From positions 4,154,001-4,218,000 of the forward strand of contig JBLDXI010000003.1 of assembly GCA_047495785.1 (NCBI GenBank): a DNA stretch of 64,000 bases, written 5' to 3'. The translations under genes were made by a program, and so were the position numbers. The notes below the pieces were generated by a model. It did not search any database, was not told where the DNA came from, and saw only the letters and a program-made list of their open reading frames with translations. Positions 54,544 through 64,000 of the stretch are shown here, piece by piece. The DNA comes from Lepidodermella squamata (Eukaryota > Animalia > Gastrotricha). The stretch's first letter is position 1, and the number at the start of each line of letters is the position of its first letter.

Positions 54544-55095
54544 GCGACGATTTTTTACTAGCAACCAACAACCCCCAGCCGCTGTATACATGATTTGACA
54601 ATATCTGACATATTGATGACTTGATACGCTTATAGTTGAGCGCGTCTTTGCCTTGTGCTTCATCGCCAAGTTGCGATCTTCACGGCCTGACTGTAGTCTT
54701 ATACAAAACCTAAATGAATATGACGGCCCGCAACAGTGATGAAGCTTCGGCATCGGCGCCTGATATAGCTTTATCAAATATTTGCTACGCACAAATTTTA
54801 GTCACATAGCGCTTCCTTCTCCTTTTGATAATCTTGTACATTATTATATTATATTGGTACTTGAAATTGGTTATGATTCTGCAATGCAACAAAAAAAAAC
54901 AATACAAAAAATGAACTTTGACTTGTAAAGAAAATATTGATATTGAATGATGCAGATCCATTTTTAAAATGGTCTGTTGATGTAATCAATTAAATAAAAT
55001 GGTGCTGCAATGGTTTTAAACTCTTTGTCTTGAATTTTACTCATAAAAGTAACCAGTCTATTTCAACAATAAGATGAGTGAAGAACATAATTTGG

Positions 55096-57658
55096 TCAAA
55101 TCGGTGATGCCATGACACTTGCGGTATTCGCGTTAACCGCCGCCCATTTCTGAACATCTTGAACTTGACGAATTCGAAACAAATCAAAAGCAAACGCAGC
55201 CTGGAATTAAAACCCGGAGTCATAACAATAATGTGTGAATGTGAAATTAAAACCTGTAGATCAGGCGGCGGAGGTGGCGGTGGTTCGCTCGGCGCACCTT
55301 GAGCTGCAGCTGCGCCATTGGCTTTTCAAATGGAAAATCATAGATACATTTTCAATAATCAAAAAGCAGTTTATTTACCTTTATCCTTTTCTTTATCACC
55401 CTTCTCACTTTTTCCGCCAGCTTTCCCAGGGGGCGTTTTGTCTCTCGGAGATTTCCTTTCGCCAACACTATTCTTTCGCTCCTTAGGCGATTTCGCACCA
55501 TCACCACGCTTTTTTCCTTTAGGGGTAACACTAGGCGGGCGAGATTTTTCGTTTCCTTCTATTTTCTGCAGAATCTCTGATGAAGGAACGTGAACTCTGA
55601 AAAAGGTTAGAGTTTGCAATCGCAGTCAATTACTGTCAGGCTTTCTTACTTAAGCGGCACTGTGGAGGATGATCCGAAGACGAGAGGTGCTGTATTGAAA
55701 GCTGACTCAAATAGGACAACTCGATCCAAAACCGTGATTGTTGCTTCGGCAGCGACAGGGGCGCCTTTTTTGCTCTATTTTTTAGCAAAATGCATCAATA
55801 GAATATTATTTTCCTCAAAATAATATAATCCTTCTACCTTGTCTTTATCTTTATCCTTCTCCTTTTCTTTCTCTTTCTCTTTCTTGTCTTTTTCCTTGTC
55901 ATGATCACGTGATTTCTTGTTGGTCGAAGGTGGTCTGGAGCTCTCTGGAGTTACGATGCTTCGCTGCGCAAGAAAAATATTTGAATTCAATCTTCAAAAA
56001 TGCTGGAACAACTAACCACTATGAGTACAATAGCCACGCGGAAAGAAGAAGATTCCAGTGAATTCCTGAGAATTTCCACGCCAGAAGTGCTGATTATGGG
56101 TAGAAAATGAGTGGCCATATTCATGTTGGCGTTGAACTTCAATGCCGTGGAGCAGATTCTAACAGTGGAACCGAGCGAATCTCGCTCGATGCAAGGACTA
56201 AGCTTCTCGGCTGCAGCTTGGCCCTTTCCAGCCTTCGGATTAGAATTCTGAGCCGCTACTTCTACGGGCGCCTTGCAAACGAAAATATTATGATGTCTTT
56301 GTTATCGTAATTTTTTACTCACATCGGTCACTGGTTGGTTGAAAATGGTTGATGCAAATTCATTGCTCTGTGCAACCAAAGCTGCAGGGACGATAAGTTC
56401 CACTCGAAAAAACCAGTCTGCGGGCAACTGAGTTAGCTCATTAACTGGTGGTTGAGGCAAACCGACGATCGGAGCAATTATCCGCAATTGAAATTGTGAT
56501 TGCGATTTAACATTATCTGCTTTATCTAAATAGCGAAGATATTATAGGAATTTTCAGCAGGTCTTGTAAATTACTCTGAGATATAGCAGTTGCGATCGGA
56601 TAGGCGCTGAGAGTTTCGTCTGCGGCAATGGGTTGATCATCAAGAGAATTCAAATGACCAAGCTTTTGTACAATAGTCGTTCTATAAGCTGCCGTCAACT
56701 GCAAAAAATGAAATTGGAGAATGCAAGTAATGATAATATAATGACAATAACAATGAAAACTTACAGCAACAGGATTACCCGTCAGCACGAGGGCTTTTAA
56801 TCGAGGTAACTCCGAAATTTTCTCCAATAGCGATGAAAAATCCGATAAATTATTGTAGGAGAAATCGAGCGACGTTAAATTAGACCTATTATAGCTCAAA
56901 CTTTAGTTTCACTTGTTTTATAACAACTTTCGTTACCAGCAATACGGCTGAAACCATTCAATATTGTTCATTGAATTTCTGCCCAAACCAAGGTGTTTCA
57001 GCTTAGGCATTCCCTTTTTCAGCGCTTCCCCACTTTGATTTGTGAATGATATTTGATTGCTGTTCAGTTCGAGAAGCTGAAAGATCAGCATTCACATATC
57101 TATTATGCGATGAAAAAATATTTTATTACGACAAGTGAAGACGGTAGAGTTGATGGATCGACATCGGTAATGAAATTTCCAGACAACACCAGTTCCTCCA
57201 AGAAAGGAAACCTCCTGAATGTCGCGTCCACGTTATTGAGCTAATGGCATATAATAAAAACACAAGAATAAGTACAGCCTCACGAGGCAAGCGTACTATG
57301 TCTACCTTTTTGTCCACAATCCTCAATGACTTGATAAACGAGAAGAAGAAATCATCAGTAAGCTGTTTTGATGATGTGGCCAAAAGCTCCTTTAGTTCGA
57401 TAGCCTCGTCAGACCAATCGTCCGTAACCTTCCACAGTGATTTATTGTCACGCAGCAAATGTAGTACGTCATCGCAACTTTTCTCACGCACAATCATATA
57501 AGGATCAGGATCCAGAGCATTCTGTAAATAAGCAGAGCCTGTAATTGAAATCGGAGCAGCGGATATTCACTAACGTCAGTCAGCTTCTCCGAATGTAGAT
57601 TCTGAGGATGACGAAGGGAATCGATTAGCTGCTGAATCAAGAAGTTAGCGGATTCCAT
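55096..57658 (-). CDS. LRRC43: Leucine-rich repeat protein 43-like, multi-exon
   Basis: SLRIVDKK..FPFLEELVLSGNFI..LKHLGLGRN..LTSLDFSYNNL..LVLTGNPVAL..YR..LDDQPI, Lys-rich C-terminal region and PPPPP block. Confidence 0.82.
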
Positions 57659-57690
57659 TTCCTCTTAACCAATTTCAGACTCAAACGCTA

Positions 57691-57926
57691 GGGCCCCGGT
57701 AACAAAATTTGTCTAGGGCTGGTGAAAAATTTAGCGCCAAGATATGCCGTTACCAGGCAACACGTAAATAGGCAATATTATTATTTTCAAGTAAAATAAT
57801 TAAAATAATATTTCAGTTTTTCGATTTTAATTTTGGTGAAAACCCTTATCCTGGCGACGTTTACATTACTCCACGACCGCTTGCTTCTCTCCGCAGCTTT
57901 TCTTCACGGCGTTACCCTGCGATAAC
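57691..57926. promoter_or_regulatory. Bidirectional LRRC43/IFT22 promoter with RFX X-boxes
   Basis: GTTACCAGGCAAC at 57749-57761; weaker matches GTTACCCTGCGATAAC at 57911-57926 and CCGGTAAC near 57700. Confidence 0.7.
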
Positions 57927-58075
57927 TTTTTAGGTCTCCCTCATTGTCATAATGCATGTCATTTACATTTATTCATTCTTATAGCATCTACGTTCTCATT
58001 TTGTCTTCTATTTAGTCTATAGAGGTCATTGCAGGTCTTTAAAACTTCTACAGCTTTTTTTTCTGGTAGGTAGAT

Positions 58076-58855
58076 ATGTTGAAGTCTAAGGTAGTTGTTC
58101 TTGGACCACAGGAGTCTGGGAAATCATTGCTCTCCAACTTCTTATCCGATGCTAAAGATGCCTCGGTTACCAATTACAGGCCAACTCAAGGTGTCAGGAT
58201 TTTAGAATTTCAAATGGCTGGCGGTGGAGGCCCCAAGGGTGATGTTGAAGTTGAACTGTGGGATGTTTCTGGATCACCACGATATGAAGCTTGGTTTGTT
58301 GGGTGTTTAGCTTGCATATATTTTCAATTTCTAAACATATCGTTCTACAGTTGGCCGGCGATAGCACGTAATGTATCCGCGATGCTATTCGTTTTCAATC
58401 CTAACGTAAAAGGACAGGAAAAGGATTTAGAGCGATAGTACGTCAACTTACTTTGAGTCAGATTGTGATTGAACGAATTTATGAATAGTTTCAGAACATT
58501 TGCCGACTGGTCCGGCTTGCCAATAACTTCTTGTTTAGTCTGCTCATTTGCCACGCGCCGAAGTGACCCTCAGTTGTCTGCCATTCGTAAGCTTGCTTTA
58601 ATCAAAATTCACATGAATGTTAATCGAAAGTTTTGGCAGCTCCATCGATGGCTTCGATTCCGTCTGTAAGTTTTCTGATGAAAGGCGTGTTGACATGGGA
58701 AATGAAGCGAAAACTTCTTTATTTATCAGGTATCTGCAAGTCGTGAAGATAATGGCGACAATATTCGAAACGAATTTGTTCGTCTAGTTTCTCGCGCGAT
58801 GGATGCTGCTAATAAAAAGCGCGATCAGCAAGAGCTGAGCGTAATGAACAATTAG
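58076..58855 (+). CDS. IFT22: Intraflagellar transport protein 22 (RABL5)
   Basis: KVVVLGPQESGKS, YRPTQGVRILEF, ELWDVSGSPRYEAC|WPAI, C-terminal RDQQELSVMN. Confidence 0.93.
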
Positions 58856-58977
58856 GAGAATATCTTTATACACTAGCTCTTCATGTTTGTATATTAGTCA
58901 CGGTTTTATTATTATTGTCATGTCATTTGAACTGAGATCTCAAATATGATAATTTGTGCATTATTTAAGCATTCATA

Positions 58978-59483
58978 TCAAACTAGCTTGAAGTTTGGGG
59001 CTAACAATAAAATTGCAGCCACTAATAGCAACCTTATTTCTACTCTTTGAGCAGAAAATGCAATATTGCAAAAGTTCACTCGGCAACAGTTTATCGTCCA
59101 TCCCTCCGTTGAATTAGCGGCGAACTGTCCGCTTGTGCATGTTACCGCACAGAATCTGTAACCAGTCCCAGAGTTCGCCAGTTTAGTAACAGACTAGGAA
59201 AATGCCAGGGTAAAATGGTACAACAGCTCCTGGAAAGCTATATTAATTACCACGCAATAAGTGTCTGCAGCACTGCAGTTTCGAATGTAAGTGTTTGGAC
59301 TAGCTTGAATATCGAGTGTTGTACAGAGAGCCGCTGATGTGGTGCATTGATAACATTGCAGAGCTTGACCTGAAATATAAGGAACCTTGAAAACAATTTG
59401 CGCGCCTTAACTGCGTTGAAACCTGCTTCCAGGTAGCATGACAAAATGACCGTCGTGATTAATGCAAGTACCGTGAACTGCAT
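58978..59483 (-). CDS. Ly6/uPAR protein (cluster 2, gene 1), 3 exons
   Basis: LQCYQCTTSAALC..CSAADTYC..RFCAVTC..CCRVNFCN plus hydrophobic tail. Confidence 0.88.
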
Positions 59484-59834
59484 TGTTATAGAGTACGGTT
59501 ATTAACAAGATTTTCTGATAAGTCGATAAAGATTCAATAAATATTTTGCAGAAATTTAACGGTTTTCATTATTTGTGTTAAACTGGGATTAGGATGAACT
59601 TAGCAGTTAGCAGTAAGTGTAACTGCTAAGTGTAAAGATAACTTCGGTATCTACGCGAAGATGGCATGCGATATCAAAACAATGGCACCGCTGCACTCAT
59701 TTGGTAAATAGTAAACAATTTGTCAGGTAACACGTTGGATAGGGATTTTTATCAATTTATACCCGTGAAACACACTAGGCTAGTTGATAGGTAGTCGCGA
59801 GCAACACATTATTTTCTCATCTATTTCAAAGGTC

Positions 59835-60414
59835 ATGTCGGAAAAAAGTATTGTTTCAAAGCCGAAAGCCCTAGTATCACTCGCATGCGTATTCTTTCTG
59901 GTGGCCGGTATAATAAAATGGAAATATTCTTATCGTATACCCGTATGTATCATATAACCATACAGGAGCCGGGGCCATTCAGTGTTACCAATGCACCGGC
60001 GCCGCAGGGTGCACAACAGCGCAAGGTAGACCAATAAGCCATCTTGTCTTCTTGCCTAATTTGAAACTTCATTTCAGCAACCCAAGTTACGTGTGACTCG
60101 ACAGCTCCGTATTGTGTGGTAAAAGCCTCATTTTTGAATTTTTATTGGAATCATCAACCCAATTATTGATACAGTCGGTTAGAGTTCAAACCAATTCTTT
60201 GCCCCAACGGTATTGTGCTACGGCTTGCACCGGAAATAGCACGATTTTGACGGCATCAACAACCGTGAACAACACTTATAGCACTATCGGACTGTATTGC
60301 TGTGGCACGAGCTTCTGCAATCGGTCGATGAGCATTTGGCCTGATCCGAATGCATTCCTGATTCCAATTATCTTGTCAATTGGATCAATTGGATACGGAT
60401 GGCTTAGAGGCTAA
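59835..60414 (+). CDS. Ly6/uPAR protein (cluster 2, gene 2), 4 exons
   Basis: IQCYQCTGAAGC..CDSTAPYC..RYCATAC..CCGTSFCN plus tail. Confidence 0.88.
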
Positions 60415-60525
60415 AAAGCATCTTAAAAGACTGACGAGATGGTTTTATTTTTTATTTTGAAAGCTTAAAGCTGAAGTAGGATGGTTATTGTTCGCTGAAT
60501 AAAAAGTTTTTTTTCATTGCATGAT

Positions 60526-61086
60526 TCAACCACGCGTCGGGAAAAAATGGGCAGCAGTGAGACCTGAGATGATAATTACAGAAGTTTCGAACTTCCTCAC
60601 AGGAACCATTGGAGAGCTGTTGCAAATTGATGTTGTGTCGTTGCAGCAATAGCGGTGAGTGACGTAGAGACCCATTTTAAATTCCTCAGTTAGGCAATTC
60701 CTCACGCATCCTCGGTTAGTTCCAACAGCAAATCCATGAGTTATCTAAATTGTTTTAACCGCGTTTATAAAGAGATTGCTGACGGTATCAAATTGAACTT
60801 ACGTAGCAGGAATATCCCTTCTTTTCGTCACAATCCACTATCTATCACATAGGAATAAATTTCATGCTAAATAGCGATTATTTGGGAAGAAGAGATATTA
60901 CCATGGGCGTTTCAAATGCACAGTAAACGCATAGGTAACATCGCAGCCCTCCTAGTTGATTGAAATCAGTGTTTAAATTTATCGAATCGAATATTCGAAA
61001 TCAAACTTGCCAACAACTTTGAAGAGTAGCGCGAAGATTAAAGGACCGAAAAGGCAGGTTATGTAAAATTTTGAGGCTGGTTTCAT
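60526..61086 (-). CDS. Ly6/uPAR protein (cluster 2, gene 3), 4 exons, first intron GC-AG
   Basis: LRCYLCVYC..CDEKKGYSC..RGCVRNC..CCNDTTSICN. Confidence 0.85.
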
Positions 61087-61680
61087 GTCTCGGCTGAATA
61101 CTGGATAAACATTTCTAATCCCATTTATTTGCGGATACGTTTAGGTCGCATTATATTGTCCAGCGGATGACCCGCGGCTTAGAACAAGGTGTTGGGTGAA
61201 CTTGCCGCATGCAAGCTGCTTCGTTCTCCTCGAGCTGACCCAGCGCTTCAGGTTTTGTCACGTTTTCGTTACACGGCTCTCAAAAGACTGGTCTCTCGCG
61301 GGTTTAAGGTTGATAAGCCTCGATGCTATAGGTGAAACTCAGCTATCCGCATTCAGCGCTCGATATAACCCTTTTCGATCAAGTTTTTTCTCAATTTTAT
61401 CACTTCAGCTGCATAACCAAGGACAGTGTAAAAATTTATTTGCAAATGCTTAACTGTAAGCTCAGCTTCTCTTGTAAACACCTTGCTGTAAGAAAATTAA
61501 TTCAACATTTCGAACTTGTAAAAAATAAGAAGTTGGATATTTACTAAGTGGTAATTATTACGGTACGAATTTTATGGTTGAGTGATTTTCCATTAACAAC
61601 AGACAACAACAAAGCTGATTTGCGAATCAGGAATGGCATTTTGTATTTTCGCTCAGCATATATTGGCAATAAGACGCTTT

Positions 61681-62028
61681 TTACTTTCCGAATCCAAGCC
61701 AACGAGCTATAATAGAAACAGTTGAGAGATGCAAAACGCAGTGAAGCGGAAAGTTTACCTGTTCGCTTGTCCTTGTTCAAGTTGCGCAGCTGAGGAATGA
61801 ATAGTGCTGCTCTATCGTTACCATCTAATTCATCAATAAGATTTAGACTATCAATGTCGAAATCGTCGCCAGCTTGAGATTCCGCCAATTCTATTTGAAT
61901 AAGCAATGAAAAGCTATGACCCTTAGTCAATGTTATTACTTACCAGCATCGTCAACTTGTTCCGCATTGGCGAACATGACGGCCATAGCCATAAAGAGGC
62001 AAAAAAGAGCGAAGATTAAGCGAGACAT
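61681..62028 (-). CDS. Prohormone A, predicted TARWLGF-amide; exons 62028-61944, 61890-61759, 61706-61681
   Basis: MSRLIFALFCLFMAMAVMFANA signal, acidic spacer, AALFIPQLRNLNKD-KR-TARWLGF-GK-stop; two phase-1 GT-AG introns. Confidence 0.85.
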
Positions 62029-62753
62029 ATTTGAAATTGAAGACAATTCTATGTGGTTAAAAGCTTGTGAAATGGCTAATGACTTGGTTCACGAGATATT
62101 CCGCTATTTATGACGGAAATTTGACGCGATAATAGAGCGGAGCATGTTCAGGAGGTGGATCGAGGCGCCCGCGGCTGCATCCTTCCTAACACAGCTTCCA
62201 CAGCTGCACGGAGAGGGCGCACGAACACGTATCGGAAGCTAGGTGCTTAAGGGTAGCCGAGGGGGTGTGTGGCTTCAATTTTTACCTTCAAAAATCGTAT
62301 TCTTGACAATCGAAAATTCTTGAATGGCTGTTATAAATCCGTATGGCGGCTTTAATTGATTCATTTTGACCGTAGTCAACTTCCTGCAATTAACGGAACG
62401 TGTAAACATTCCAGGTGAGCACGTGAGAGTGTTTGTTGGCAAGTGTAAGCTGCGATGAATCATATTTAGGTATTGGACGCATAAATTGTCCTTTAGAACT
62501 TGATTTATAGCGCTTTTTGAATGAATAAAATACTCCTCTCTTGTCCTCCGAAGCGCTGTTCGACAAGTCTCCTATTTCTGTCCAATAAACTCAGGCGATT
62601 GGGAGAATAAAACATCATAGAAAGATAGAATTTCCATTCGAAAACATTTAATCGCTTCGTGATAATAACATTATATGCAAAAACGAAATGCGAAATTAGC
62701 CTTATAATTGTGAAACTGCGTTGACAAATGAAAATTCATGCTAACACCAGCCG

Positions 62754-63172
62754 TTACTTCCCGAATTGGACCCAACGCGGTGCTGAAAAAATTGTCCGAA
62801 ATAAAATATTGTTATTTCATGTTGACAAAAATACTTACGTTTTGCGTTGCCGAACCCTGCGTCTCGCTTTCTGTCCTCCTTATGATTTTTGTTGTACCTG
62901 CGCAATTGAGGAAACAGGACCTTCATGAAGCGACCTCGTTTTTCCTCGTTCTCCATGTCATCGTCGCCGAGACTCAGGTCATCTAGCTCGAAGTCATCAT
63001 CGCCACGACGTACATAATCGATTTCTGCAATTCGAGATCAAACAAATTGATGATTTATCATTGATGATTGGAAGGTTTTACCTGCAGGTTCCAATAATTC
63101 CGCGCCAACGAAAACAGCTATAAGTGCAACAACGAACACCAAAATTAACAATGTCTTGGAGGACGGTGCCAT
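62754..63172 (-). CDS. Prohormone B, predicted DAGFGNAKPPRWVQF-amide; exons 63172-63082, 63024-62839, 62782-62754
   Basis: MAPSSKTLLILVFVVALIAVFVGA signal, acidic spacer, KR-GRFMKVLFPQL-RR-YNKNHKED-RKR-DAGFGNAKPPRWVQF-GK-stop; same intron layout as gene A. Confidence 0.87.
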
Positions 63173-63775
63173 ATTTCCGAGTGAAAGAAATTTGAAAAAT
63201 TCCGATATAACAAAATGTTCAAGGAATGAGCTCAATAATCGCGAATACTGGAAGATTTCCGAGAATCAAGGCATTAATATGCGACGATGGACATATGTCA
63301 CCCTCAGTCAGTCCATCGCGTGGCTTCGATTGAGGCACACGCAAAATTGGGTCACAGCCTCTCATCTTGCCGATGAGTTCGAAATTCGCGTGCCTGAAAA
63401 TTTATAACGCCCTTTATCCTCCCACCACACTATGACTGATCAACGAGTACAGATGAATCACTTTGTTTTTCCCAACTGAGCAACGTGGCTGAATGCTGAA
63501 TGCTGTTTTTAACATCTCAGAGAAAACAATTTATTTGGATAAAACATTCAAACAATATAAAAAGTTGGAAGTTTCACTGCGCACTAAACGAGCAGAACGT
63601 TTCACTTGACATGGCTAAGACCAATTTCAAAAATTAACCAACCAGGTACTACAGTAACTGCGAACGCAACTTATGATAAACGATAAGTATATTAGGGAAG
63701 CATGCGTCATCTTCCGAAACCTAGCCATCGAGCTGACATTTTAAAGAAACACAATCATATGAATAAATTATCTAG

Positions 63776-64000
63776 TCATTGGGTGAATGCCCTCGAAAGG
63801 CGGTTACCATTTCGGTTAATGCTTCCTCCGATCGAAAATTTGTGGTCATCGACGTTGAGGGTGGCGAAGTTGTTGTTGGAAGCTCGGCCACTGAACGTCG
63901 AAATGCGCCTACCTCCAGCACTCGGACTTCGAAAATAGGCTGACGGATGGCGATACAGTTGTTTGGCTTCTTCACTTGACCTTGGATCGTTAGCTTTGAC
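63776..64000 (-). CDS. Probable last exon of a gene starting beyond the window
   Basis: GC-richer stretch open from the window edge (VKANDPRSS..RLSRAFTQ*), followed by AT-rich sequence with AATAAA-like signals; frame ambiguous. Confidence 0.35.
   Translation of the reverse strand, partial: VKANDPRSSEEAKQLYRHPSAYFRSPSAGGRRISTFSGRASNNNFATLNVDDHKFSIGGSINRNGNRLSRAFTQ

Overview
Gene-dense window from a compact animal genome with short AT-rich GT-AG introns (mostly 50-60 bp). It carries ciliary genes with RFX X-boxes, and its CxxCxxC-type Ly6 proteins hint at a flatworm-like spiralian, though the taxon cannot be fixed from this window. Manually spliced genes, in order: a mucin-like secreted protein with a possible DD-peptidase-fold C-terminus, a 5-finger C2H2 protein, a hidden 113-aa secreted 8-Cys peptide precursor, HEATR4, GIPC, XPG/ERCC5 (one intron holds a decayed MULE with a nested LINE), three Ly6/uPAR genes, a polyQ membrane protein, an NIT-type pseudo-guanylyl cyclase (foldback DNA element in coding exon 1, LINE in an intron), an intron-containing histone H1, a ~3424-aa large lipid transfer protein without a vWD domain, LRRC43 and IFT22 head-to-head, three more Ly6 genes, and two tandem paralogous prohormone genes predicted to release R-W-x-x-F-amide peptides. 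The most novel-looking items are the RWxxFamide/PQLR prohormone pair and the 8-Cys peptide. Neither is recovered as a complete protein by the ORF track because of splicing. All family calls come from recalled motifs, not database searches.
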